Shown here: positions 13,494 to 26,400 of the stretch, piece by piece | Numbering within the stretch: the first letter of the stretch is position 1 | Layout of the letters: each line of letters begins with the position of its first letter | From: Styela clava | Taxonomy: Eukaryota | Length of the DNA stretch: 64,000 bases | Assembly: GCF_964204865.1 (NCBI RefSeq) | Contig: NC_135257.1 | Location: 17,112,001-17,176,000 of the forward strand | Direction: 5' to 3' | Position numbers and translations under genes: made by a program | The notes under the pieces: generated by a model | What the model was told of the DNA's origin: nothing | What the model saw: the letters and a program-made list of their open reading frames with translations, nothing else | Databases searched by the model: none

Positions 13494-16400
13494 CTATTTT
13501 TCACAAATGACGCCGTGAAATTTGCTTGTAGGTGGATCGTTTCCCATTCCTTGTCTGCTGGATGATGGGTCAGTTTGAACGTGGATATACAAACCTGATT
13601 CTCCTGCGTTCGGAAATCCACCAGTCCACCACTTGACATACGACGCCCTTGTTCCGTCTCGCATGAGTACTGCATTCGTCTGTTTAATACAGATTTTAAA
13701 GTATGACAAATGATTTAATTTAGAAATCCTATCCATAAGATGTAATTTAACATTAGAATCGTTCCAAATGCCAATAATAAAAAAAATTTAACATAAAATT
13801 TATTACATCGTGTTGCGGAAAATGTTCGTGGTAAGCTACTTACTGATATATCGACTTGCATGCCTGTCCAAATAAACGTATCTGCCGATATTTTTCTGCG
13901 AATATCAGCCATCAGGTCGTTCAGATGTTGCTCGTTATAAACATTTGCAGGAAGCCCATTGTTTACTCCACAAATTCTTTTCGCTTCATCCACATTGATA
14001 TCCTTAGATGAATGCACTACTGACCAGAAGCAATGACCTAGATATTGTACGGGACAAAGTCCTGTAGAAAAACAATGCAAAATTTTCCGTTAAACTTTCC
14101 GTTTTTCTAGCATTGGAGACTTAAGAATAAATCAGGCAACGTCAACTACTAGAGTTTGGTCGCTTGAATGACATAACATGTGGATCCTAATACTGCTTTG
14201 GCCACTTATAATAACTCTACTAATTCTGTTCGTTTCACTTTTAGCTTAAGGTTTGTGATTTAGTTTTTAAATAAATTAAAAGTGTTAAACGTTTTCATAC
14301 AGACAAATACAAATAAACACTAATATTATATTAAATCATTTATCTCTCTATAACGCAGAAACTTGTTTATTTATAAGATCGTTCAATCTGTTAATGATAG
14401 TCTTTGTGCATATTTTATAATAAACGTTGATGATTGTCATTATAGGTTTATTTCTCTTGTGTTGATTACTGTTACGAAATAAATCCACAGATACTTCGTC
14501 AGAAATAACTTTTTTTGATAGTGTACCTTGTAACTTCAGCTGCCTGTGAGGATCGGAAACAGTTCTATTCATTTTTCGAATCATTTCTTCCATTTTATTT
14601 ATTCTTCCAACCAATCCCGTGTTCACTTTATTGCATTCTGTAAAGTAAGATGAAATCTTTTACACGACCCAGCCTACTAACTAAACACATATTATATTGT
14701 AATTTAACCAGAAAACAAGTAGGCTACATGCGTATCAAAGAAATATAAAAGACATCGCTGGAGTGTGCATTCTAGTGGCAATAGAGCTGACATAATCTCA
14801 AGTTTAAGATACTGGTCACACCACATTCCAATAAAATGAGAGACATTTGTGCAAACTTTTGTTCAAAGAAAAGGCTCGAAAAACGTTTATCGGCACAAGC
14901 TGTATCATAGATTAACCGAAACTAGGCTTCGAACATTGGGACTTGTCGTATTATCCTAATTTCTATAGTGTATTGATTATTACTTGAAGACCTATAGATG
15001 CTTAATTCCCATTGTTACTTATCGATCTTAAGATCGGTAAGTATTTTGATGGGTATTATTACTTATCGATCTTAAGATCGGTAAGTATGTTGATAGGTAT
15101 TTTTACTTATCGATCTTAAGATCGGTAAATATGTTGATAGGTATTTATCCGTCTGTATGTCTGTGTGTTAGATGCACGCGATATCTCACGAAAGCGAGGT
15201 TGAATCTGCTCCAAATTTTGCATGTGCATTCATCATAGCTCGGATCAGATGCCTATTGATTTTGGATGGATTATGTCTTATAATTAGCGAGGTATTAATT
15301 AATTATTTATGGGACACACGGTGTTACTATGGAATAAGACCACTGTTTTGGGAGATCCCCTAACCTTCGATTGATAAGTCTTCGGTTTCTAACCGATATT
15401 CTAGTTATTTTCTTAAGATGATAATTATGGCCTAATATAAGTAACTCACCGATCGTTTGTTGCATGAAGGATATGTTCTTCGCAACTTGTTCTCCGGAAT
15501 TCTTAATCAAGCCGATCAAGTTTTTCTGACAATTTACTGTTATTGAAAACAAACGTTAAATGGTTAGTTTGTGAAATCTGACATAAGTAAAGTGTCTTAT
15601 GCGGATTAAAGACGCCGGTAGTCGCTGAGACAGTGGCGTATCTAGGGTGTGGCAGCCATGGGCTCGGTTTGGATATGGGCGCAAAATGAACGAAAAGTTT
15701 TAATCGTATAAAAGTCAAATTTGAATTAAACAAAACTCGTATTTTCACTTAAATAATACCGTATAAATATCCCAATTAAACAACAGTCGTTAAAAATTGT
15801 CAGCCAACGATCAAGGCGGCGCCTTCGGCATTGGCATTGGCGCCACGTAGATACGCCACTGCGCTGAGGATAAGAATAGGCCATGTCTGCGAATGGGTGC
15901 AATTTATTTATTTGCATAGATATTTCGAAGCCATTTAGATGATTTTTTTCCTATTTATCAAATAAAACATACATATTACGTCATTTGCAATTCGAGCGCT
16001 TTTCTTATGTTTACTATAGATTCGATATGATTGTCTTACCTCGTTTATCATCTAAATCTGCTAAATTCTTTGCAATCGTTTCGTATCTTTGAGACAATCG
16101 TTGAATGTTATTCATGGCCTGACTTTGAATGCGATCGAGTAGTTGCTTTGAGGAATTCATTTCCTTCTTTTGTTCGCTGGTGATGTTTTGCAAGATCATG
16201 ATTTCTAAACATTATAATATCGGAATTTTTTATGAATGGATAATCGCTTAACATAATATAGAATAAGATTTTTTTTTTGTGTGTACCCGACCAGGGTTAG
16301 GGCATAATTTTATTTCGATTTTCTTTATTTTAGGTGTATTACGAGTTTGAGGACTGTCTGTGTTAGTCAAGTGAATATGCCCCCTGCCCATAGGTTTCAG

Positions 16401-18912
16401 TCCCTTTACACAACTTGATGTAAAGTAGGTGAAAAAAATTAGTTACCTCTATATTGGTACACATACTACTGGAGCGCCGAATTTTATATTTAACCCGGAC
16501 AGAGGAAAGGCGGTTCAATCATATAGATTTTTGTTTCAGTACTATTAAAGAGTACTTTAGCGGAAAAAATAAACTCCGCTGACTTTCGCAGAGGACAATA
16601 AACACCCAATATCTGTGATGCCAAATGTTCCAATATTGTAGAGTTGCACAATTGAATTTCGCTTAATTGTAATTAATTGAAATACACCTAAATTCCTAAT
16701 AACGATTAGAATCCAAATTGAGATTATCAAAGAAATACAGTCCTTTTACAATTTCAATTTTGTTATGAAGTCGGTTCTCAATATATTTTAAAGCAGGTTT
16801 TTTGTTTTATAATCAGTAATTGTTTAAGCGAGGGTCAAAACAATATATGGTATCGATATATTCCCTTCGCACTTTTAAGAATTTTTCAAAGACTTCATGG
16901 ACATCATAATATATACAATCATCAGAGAACGCAGGAACGCGTTTTGAAACTCTCCGGGGCAGGAATTTTAGACAAACAGTGGTAATCGAAGTAGGAATTC
17001 AAATGAGATTCTAAGCAATCACAATCAAAGGAGCTCGCACACGCTAAATGGTGGTTTAGTTTTAGTTTTCTTGGATTTAGAAGATCGAAGTTTTTAAAGG
17101 ACTAAGATTTTGAAGTCAAGTGTGATTTTCCAGACCGTTTATCCGTGTTTTAAAATAAACGACTCTAGATCTTCGGGCGGGCTATATTTTTCACATTTTT
17201 CAGGGATTACTAAGAGCCATCTTTGTGGGATCATACTAACGCATATAGTGGAAATAGGCGCAATATAAGCTAACCTTCGTTTGAATCTTCAAGTTTAGTT
17301 GTCGCCTGTGCAAAAAAAAAATAAGATTCACTATGTTTTGTTTCGAGTCTTTGTTTATGAACTTGAGTAATTGGCTGTAAATTAAAGAAGGATTTGCTTA
17401 TTGAAACAGCAAATTGAACTTTAGGCAAAATATTTTCAATTTCGTGAGGTCACACATCAATAGGAGTTACTACAGTCAGCAGCTTACTCCGAAAATAAGA
17501 ACGTTAGAATGATTCTAAACGAAAAGCATTTTTATTCCATTTACATATTAATAAAAGTAAAATATACAAATTTTAAACAGGGAATATACAAGTATGGAAA
17601 TTCTTTGTAGTTGGGAAGTTTCTATTATACGTATCTGCTGACTTACTTCAACGTATTACAAACTCTATATTGTGACGTCACCATGCGGATATCGCAAGAT
17701 TTAGATTTCAATATCTATTTACAGCACGGTCTTCCCCATCGACATTGTTTTAGCTTTTATGCTAGCTTGACAAAAATAACTCAATTCTACCAAGTTGCAA
17801 CAACGAAACAAGTTAAATATTATTAAAATAATAATAGTGATACCTGAACCAAGAAGATAGTGATGCATATAAGACAAACAAATAACAGCGACATAAGAAT
17901 CAAGAATCCCACGGTTTTCCCAATATTCGATCTTTTTCCACTTGATTTAATTTCCTTACTCTCGGCAACGGCAACTGTACCTAAAAAGATTGGGGAAATT
18001 AACACTAGCAAATCAAAGTTTCGCAGCACCTGTGATTTTAAACACTGAATTTCCCATCTTGCCCTTTATATGAAGTGGAATCTAGAGTCTGTAAGTTTTA
18101 TTTCCAATTTTTGATTGATATCTGGGTTATTTTAGATATGTTTTATTAGAGGCTTGTGTGAGATGTGTAGTGTGAAATCACAATTTTGATACAGGTAAAC
18201 TTACACCAATTCCACACCCCACGGGTGTGCAACCTTTAATACAGCCGGGCCAGATACAAATGACTAGGTGGAAAGGCGGGTCGAACCTCTATTTGAGGTA
18301 AGATTTCTAGTAGTTGCAAGAACAAAATAACATTGTAATGTCATAGGCTTAGATATTAGAAAGACTTTGCAACGCAAAAAGATTGGAATTGCTCGCGGGC
18401 CGCAGACTATTCAAAATTGGCACTCAATATGCGGACCGGACATTTTTTTTTGGGGGCCGCATTTGGCCGCGGGTTGCAGGTTGCGCATCTCTCTAATAAT
18501 AAACAAATGAGCAATGCTCATATGTACGGACACTAAGGTCGTGTTTCAGTAGGGGGAAAATTTTAAAGAAAGCATCGGACCATGGGACTCTGATGAGAAA
18601 ATTAAAAAAAAAATAAGTAGCAGCTTTTTAGCGGCTCCTTCCATCTTTAAACACTAAAAATTTAAAATTAGACCATCATTAGCGACCCAAACAACCACAA
18701 CAACAAGATTTAAAAAAAAAAACGATTCAAATGTACACGTGTCCAATAACGATTTTACCTGTTTCAATATTTCCTTCCATTTGTATAACACGAGGGAGGG
18801 AGTTTTCGTAAATAGGATCTTGGACTGGTTCGTCTTGTTGTTGAGACCCAATCGCCATATTTTCAATCCCAGCATTTGGATGAAATCTGACTATCGGACA
18901 TTCGTAAGCCAT
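13494..18912 (-). CDS. Type II transmembrane C-type lectin-like receptor (~362 aa, 8 coding exons)
   Basis: GT-AG exons, all frame-compatible: 18912-18759, 17980-17844, 17305-17275, 16204-16040, 15536-15450, 14637-14527, 14061-13844, 13679-13494 (1089 nt). Encodes a cytoplasmic tail with DPIYENS, TM helix VGFLILMSLLFVCLICITIFLV, coiled-coil neck and CTLD (CPVQYLGHCFW..EAKRIC..IWTG..VICEK*). Confidence 0.85.
15015..15405 (+). mobile_element. HINE/DINE-1-like element with triplicated 5' end
   Basis: Same core as 10374-10678 (GATGCACGCGATATCTCACGAAAGCGAG); three tandem ~44-bp copies of TTACTTATCGATCTTAAGATCGGTAA...; 3' hairpin TCGGTTTCTAACCGA. Confidence 0.8.
15631..15861. mobile_element. hAT MITE
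   Basis: TIR CAGTGGCGTATCTA / TAGATACGCCACTG; TSD CGCTGAGA / CGCTGAGG. Confidence 0.88.
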
Positions 18913-21194
18913 AGCTATTATTTCCTATTTGTTGTCCTTCGCAAATAGAGGTATATGAAAGTTGAAAGTTAATTTTTTTTTTCTTATTATATATATATAT
19001 CATAAGAACTTCGCAATGAATGCATTTCGTTCGGTGCAAGTATTTATCACACTTTAAATAGGTTAGCACATTTAGTATCCAGCATATCGCTCAAATATTG
19101 ATTTCAAAATATTGAATTGATTTGTTCTGAAGAAGGGTTATTACTGGAGTGGCAGTCGTTTTTTTCGAACTCGTTGCAATCAAAATTTTGGGATTTGTTG
19201 AGTCGAATCTTCAGAATTTTGAGTGTGATAATTGAATCAAAATTCCCTACGGAGGCTCGAGAAAAAATTTAGTTTACTGAACGTTCTTCAGTCTATTATG
19301 GAAAGTCTGAATACGCCAAAGTTTTTGTCATCAAGATTTGATTTTATCGGTAGTTCGGAGCTGGAGTCACAATTACTATCAAATTCGAGTTCGGTTCAAA
19401 TTTATTTCAACCCGGAGTCTATTGTCAATTTTAACCGTCTCCATATTCTGACTCCAAATCCCAAGCAATAGGGCAATATTCAGATAGATAGACACAAAGG
19501 CCAAAACGAATTAATACGGGTTTAAATTCTTTCACAGTATCGTGTACGGAATCGCGGTCTTCGCGACTTCAACTGACCACATCGCAATGAGCGCGAACGC
19601 GGAACCGCCACAAGTTGCGCAATTTTTAATATGATGACATCATCACATACAAACTAACAAATCCGAAGAGCTCACAGAAATTTTTAAAATAAATAAAAGT
19701 AATAGTCTTCTAGCGATAACAACAATCTTTCACCACTGAAAATTACAAAGCAATTGGTCCAGGAATTTGAGAAAGAGGCGATTTCCCCACAACAACAAGA
19801 AAACGAATATAATTAAACTGCAATAACGTAATACTAAAACGATCTATACTTTCATCTTGTGTCCAATAAACGATGAAACCTCCTCGAAGCAAACATTCAC
19901 AAACTGATTCAACGTTTCATACTATTGTTGGACGAATTTGACATTTCCCTAACCTGACATTCCTGCTATCGGTCTATAGGGCGTATAGTTCACCATATTG
20001 TTGGGACGTCTTATTGTCTTTCTGCTCGTGATATTCATATACACCTCCTCTTTAACGTAAACTCAAACTCATTTTATATTTATTGAGAAACCGTTAAAAG
20101 TTACATGAAATTCAATATCGTTAACTCAATATAGTTTCTGAGATTTTTGTCAAATGCCTGATTAATTTTAAGTAAGAATTCACGCAAAGGGATTTTCAGC
20201 CAAATAATTTTGAGGCATACGACTCAGGCATATCTCAAGTCATCAGCGAGAACCTTGTCCATTCATTTTCAAAATTGCGCTTTTCTAAATAACTAATAGA
20301 CCTAGATATTACATGTCGTGTAAGACTGACTTGAATCGTCTCAGTCACAAATGCACAATTGAATCGATGACAAAGTGAAAATCAAATTACGTCCATGTCA
20401 CTGCGATCAGTTTTGGTCGATCAGCATAAATATAACGAACTAGATTCAATGAATAGCCTTTTCTTGAATGATGAATGATTCATATGTTCCAATATACAGG
20501 AAACTAAATTTTATAAACGACGATTTGCTTTACATATAACCTTACGTATCACCCGTCGCTTGAATATGGCGTGAAAGCAACACCAAAATGCCACATGCAA
20601 ACCTAGTATATTTACAAAAATTTTATCACAAATGTCTAAATTAGCATTCATTTAATTTATAAATCATCTCTGCCTTATTATTTTTTGCGTGTGTTCCTTT
20701 TTTGCGACATTGGTTTGCGCAGTTGGAAGCCTGTCAGTTTAAACATTCCTGATCTCGGGCTTCGTCGTTTAAATCTGGTCATGCCTGTGAGACTCCGTTT
20801 CGCACTCGAATTGAAACTGCTTACCAATCAAAAGAATCGTCTCAACCGTAGCTAAGAATACGTTGTGATAGCAACACCAAAAGCTGATTTTAATAATTGC
20901 ACAACTTTTCAAATGTTACCTGATTTTGAAACATGCGTCTCGCCTAAAATTTCTTGTCGCGCATTCACAGCGGGTTGGACCACCTCGATAGGGTTGGTAA
21001 CGTGCCATACATATACTGCCAAGAATATGCATATAGCGCCAACTGAATATTCATATACCGTCAATGTTATATACATATACAGCCAATTAATATCCAAATA
21101 CAGCCATTTTGGTGATTTACAATTACTGCCAAGTCATATGCATATATAGCCGAATCAATATATAAATAAAACAATCAAAATAAGATAGATTTAC

Positions 21195-21486
21195 CTATTT
21201 ATACCGGGAGAGAAGAAAGCCGAACCACGGCCGCTCGTCCGGTTACCATTTCATGTCGGGTATGGGATTAGCTAGGTATTTGTTTTCGGAAGCATGGACT
21301 TGATGGTGGAGGAAGCTGTAACCGTCAAGCGGTTACTTGAACCACCCTACGGCAGCAAGGAGACCAGAAATTTATTCGCACACAACCCTCCCCGCATGGG
21401 ATTCAAAACTGCGAACCCACGCAGATTAATCAGATTTGCGGTGGCGAGCGTATTCCTAACGCTTAGTACGATGAGTCACACCGCGT
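21195..21486 (-). mobile_element. tRNA-derived SINE (related partial copy at ~61655-61880)
   Basis: Minus strand starts GCGGTGTGACTCATCGTACTAAGCG (A-box-like) then GGGTTCGCAGTTTTGAATCCC (B-box-like); shared core GGGATTCAAA.CTGCGAACCCACGC at ~61810. Confidence 0.7.
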
Positions 21487-21859
21487 AAACTGCCAGTGTT
21501 AATATCATAATATATACCCCACAACAGCTGGTCATTGATTACACAAGAAATGTGCTGGCTGAAAATCGCTCTTCAGTGAACTATTCTTTGGCTAATGACA
21601 ATAAACTATTCACCAACTAATCGAATTAAAGCTTGGTGGAAAATGAAAAATATAAAACTGCCAATGTGCGTAGTTCTTGAGAAATATCCAATATGCACCA
21701 ACTTAGTTCTTCGGAGATATTCAATAAGCGCCAAATCAAGAAATATGCTGCATAAAAATCTATTTTTGAGGAACTATTTTTTGGCTATTGGCAATAAACT
21801 GTCCACAAAATAATCAAATAAACGCATGGTAGGAAATATAAACATAAAACTGCCAGTGC

Positions 21860-23409
21860 GCTAGTTCTTGAGAAATATCCAATAGGCGCCAAGTTAGTTC
21901 TCTTGAGAAATATCCAATAGGCGCCAACTCAGTTCTTCAGAAATATCCAATAGGCGCCAACTTGGTTCTTCAGAAATATCCAATAGGCGCCAACTTGAAT
22001 CTTCAGAAATATCCAATAGGCGCCAACTTAGTTCTTCAGAAATATCCAATAGGTGCCTACTTGGTTCTTCAGAAATATCCAATAGGCACCAACTTAGTTC
22101 TTCAGAAATATCCAATAGGCGCCAACTCAGTTCTTAAGAAATATCCAATAGGCGCCAACTTAGTTCTTAAGAAATATCCAATAGGCACCAACTTAGTTCT
22201 TCAGAAATATCCAATAGGCGACAACTCAGTTCTTAAGAAATATCCAATAGGCGACAACTCAGTTCTTAAGAAATATCCAATAGGCGCCAACTCAGTTCTT
22301 AAGAAATATCCAATAGGCGACAACTCAGTTCTAAAGAAATATCCAATAGGCACCAACTCAGTTCTTAAGAAATATTCAATAGGCGACAACTTAGTTCTTA
22401 AGAAATATCCAATAGGCGCCAACGTGATTCTTCAGAAATATCCAATAAGCGCCAACTTAGTTCTTCAGAAATATCCAATAGTCACCAACTTAGTTCTCCA
22501 GAAATATCCAATATGCGCAAACTTAGTTTTTCAGAAATATCTAACAGGCGCCAACTTAATTCTTCAGAAATATCCAATAGGCGCCCACTTGGTTCTTCAG
22601 AAATATCCAATAGGCGCCAACTTGGTTCTTCAGAAATATCCAATAGGCGCCAACTTGGTTCTTCAGAAATATCCAATAGGCGCCAACTCAGTTCTTAAGA
22701 AATATCCAATAAGCGCCAACTTGATTCTTCAAAAATATCCAATAAGCGCCAACTCAGTTCTTCAGAAATATCCAATAGGCGCCAACTTAGTTCTCCTGAA
22801 ATATCCAATAAGCGCAAACTTAGTTCTTCAGAAATATCCAATAGGCGCCAAATTGGTTCTTCAAAAATATCCAATAGGCGCCAACTTAGTTCTTCTGAAA
22901 TATCCAATAGGCGCCAACTTGGTTCTTCAGAAATATCCAATAGGCGCCAACTTAGTTCTTCAGAAATATCCAATAAGCGCCAACTCAGTTCTTAAGAAAT
23001 ATCCAATAGGCGCCAACTTAGTTCTCCTGAAATATCCAATAGCCGCCAACTTAGTTCTCCTGAAATATCCAATAAGCGCAAACTTAGTTCTTCAGAAATA
23101 TCCAATAGGCGCCAACTTGGTTCTTCAGAAATATCCAATAAGCGCCAACTCAGTTCTTCAGAAATATCCAATAGGCGCCAACTTAGTTCTCCTGAAATAT
23201 CCAACAAGCGCAAACTTAGTTCTTCAGAAATATCCAATAGGCGCCAACTTGGTTCTTCAGAAATATCTAATAGGCGCCAACTCAGTTCTTAGGAAATATC
23301 CAATAGGCGCCAACCTGGTTCTTCAGAAATATCCAATAGGCGCCAACCTGGTTCTTCAGAAATATCCAATAGGCGCCAATTTAGTTCTTAAGAAATATCC
23401 AATAGGCGC
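21860..23409. repeat. 30-bp tandem satellite, left part (~51 units)
   Basis: Consensus GAAATATCCAATAGGCGCCAACTTAGTTCTTCA-type repeat with 30-bp period. Confidence 0.97.
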
Positions 23410-26400
23410 TGTTGGGAAGTCTGATGAGCAGATTCTTTACAGATTACCAACTTGAGTGTCTTTGTATAAATCCAACGTTTGTGAATGAAGCATAACACAT
23501 TTAACCTAATGTAAGTCTAACTGTTAACAAAGATCTTAATACAACCAAATACTCCAATCAGTTAAATAGAAAATAACACAAACATGTATGATACAGGTAG
23601 AGAGAAATGGCATAGAAACAGAATGGCAGAAATGGCATACCCCAATATCTCCCCTTCGTAAAGGAAAAAGATATTTGTTTTTCAAAATATCACAAAATGA
23701 CAAAGTGAATAAATAACGAAATAGCAACAGGTAAAAAAACATTTGAACAGCAATAAACAAAGAAATAAAAATTGTTCAGTATTCATTATCAAATGTCTTA
23801 TTTTATCACATAGAACAGTCAGTATAGTCATGTTCATTCAGACAGCCCTGGCTTGTTGTAAGGCTGTAGGCGTCTCAAGGCCAGAGGTAATCTTGGTGGG
23901 TGCGTGGCTGGACGAGAAATAGCTGAGAGATTAGTTTGGTTTGACAAAGGGCGAAAAGGTGGGGGCCCCGAATTTGGAGGGTGGTTAGCTCTGGAGATAT
24001 GGCTAAAATGTGGCAGGTTGGGTGATATGGGAATTGTAGCTTTGGGTTCGAACAAAATAGGCTTTAGGAATCTCCGGTTTCGTGTGACTGTTCTTCCAGA
24101 TCCATCCATTCTAATCAAGTATTTACGGTGTTTGAAGCATTTCACAACTTTTCCTGACCTGTCCCATCTTTTGTTGATGGGATTTTGGATTGAAACGTTT
24201 GTTCCTTCTTCTAAAAATGGTAGGTCGTGTGCATGTTTGTTGTATTCAGTTTGTAGGTCAATATATTCCTGAGAAAGAGTTTTTTCTCTGGCTTTGGCTG
24301 CTTGTGTCCACAGTGGATTGAGCCGTAGGTTTGATGGGTGAATAGGTAAGAAGTCCCTCAGATGCCGAGAAAACAAAAGTTGTGCTGGACTGAGTCCAAT
24401 ATCACGGAGAGGGGTGTTTCGATATTGAAGAAGTGCTTCGCCGAATGAACGACTTTTTGGGGAACCGTCTGGCAGTAAATTGTCCCGGATGAGTCGTTTG
24501 GCTGTTTTTACGGCAAGTTCAGCTCGCCCATTTGATTGTGGATAGTGTGCTGACGAGATTCGACCTTTCACACCACAAATTTCCAGAAATTTCTTGAATT
24601 CCTCTGAAGCAAACTGAGGGCCACCATCAGTACTGAGTTCTTCAGCACAGCCAAAGCGCGTGAAAAGTTGTTCGAAAACAGGAATGATGCGGTTTGTGGA
24701 AGGTGATCGGTGAAAGTGGGCAATTTCAATCCATCCACTGAATCTGTCTGTGATTGCTAAGTAATCGTTACCATTTAGATAAAATAGGTCAGCACAGATT
24801 TGTTGAAAAGGCTATTGGGGTGAAGGTGTTGGTATGATAGTTTCTTGAACTTGAGATGGTGCAATATAGGAGCAAGTGGAGCAAGAAGATTTGAAGTTGA
24901 GAATGCATTTGTTCATTCCCGGCCAGTACACACAATCTTTTGCCCTAGCGACCATATTTGTGCAGCCCTGGTGGGCACTGTGTAGTGTATGGAGCACAGA
25001 TGATCTGAGCTGTCGAGGGATAACGAATCTTTTGTTATCTAAAACAATGATCTTGTTGTCGAAACAAGATAGTCTGTTACGTAGTTCCCAATAGGAGCGA
25101 ACCTCCGGTGAAGTGGCACTTCTTGTGGGAGGGAATCCAGAAGAAATAGTTTCATGTAACAGCTTATGTGATTTGTCAGCTTGACAAGCGTTTTGAAGCC
25201 TATCGATAGTCATTGCCCGATCCGTAAGAGGTCCATTCTCGTTTTCAATGTAACAATTTAAGGCTTGTATTGCATCGTGCATGAGAGACCAAGTGGTGTC
25301 GTCCTCTAGTTCAGCAGCAAAGAGGTCTTCATCAGTTGGATTAGAGGCAGAAAGTACTGGATTCCTTGAAAGCGCATCTGGCCCTCTGTGCCATTTTCCA
25401 CAACAGTGGTGTATGGAGAAATCGTATTGAGAAACTTTTGATCTGAATCTCAGCACGCGTGGGTTGCTGATGTCAGATAGTTGTCGGTTGCTGAACAATG
25501 GGACGAGGGGTTTGTGATCGGTTACTACAATGAGATCTTTACAGCCGAGGATGAAAGACTTGGCATGGTCTAAGCTCCAAGCAACCACAAGCGCTTCGCC
25601 TTCGATGGGTGCATAGTTTCTTTCAGCTCGTGAAGTGTGCCGAGAGCCGGCGTATACGAGATGCCAACCATCAGGGCAACAATTTGGGGCTTCATTTGTA
25701 CCGCAGGTGCAATATTTCTGTAGAAGTAGATATCCAATGCCGTCCTTGCTCCAGTCGCATTTGAATCAAAGATGGTCGATGAAGGTCAAATGATTTGATC
25801 CCTTCTTCACATAGGGTGATAAGTTTCGCTTTCGATTTCTCAAATATAGATTAAAGAGTGTCGTCCCATATGAATTTGGATCCCTTTTTTATTAGGTCGC
25901 GAAATGGGAGCATAATGGGGGAGATGGCGTAAGCCCATGATATTTGATTTACCAAGCCGTGCCAACTTCGAGCGTCGTGAATGTTTGTCGGAGGTGGGAA
26001 GTTTTTGATGGAGTCAAGAAGCGCTGGGGCAGGTGCAATCCCAGCAGGGGTTATTTTAAGGCCAGCAAATATGATGGTATCCTGACAGAATTTGAATTTA
26101 TCATGATTGAATACTATCCCCTTTTGAACGCTCAGTGTGAGAAAATCCCAAACTTGATAGAATGATGATTGAATGTCACTCTCATATAGGCATAGGTCAT
26201 CCACTACATGCTGTACTTTTTCAATGTTTGACTCTTCTAGAATGAGATCGAGGTTGCGATTGAAAATATCTCCTGCAGATTTAAAACCTTGAATAAGGCG
26301 TGTGTTCATAAATCTTCCCCAGGGTGTGATGAACGTTGTCAGTGGTTGATTTTCCTCATCTAGTGGGACGCTATGATAGCCATCAGTGATGTCCAAAATA

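Larger units (their letters stand above)
7940..14965. repeat. Segmental duplication, copy 1 (~7 kb; lectin 3' exons plus downstream flank)
   Basis: Colinear with 20551-20989 + 34416-40313; homology ends at TATCCTAATTTCTA (14965/40312). Confidence 0.95.

Noticed and set aside
17981-18029. Alternative acceptor at 18029 or a signal-peptide reading of ORF 17823-18029
   Set aside because: Splicing there in phase 1 hits a stop; the acceptor at 17980 keeps the frame.
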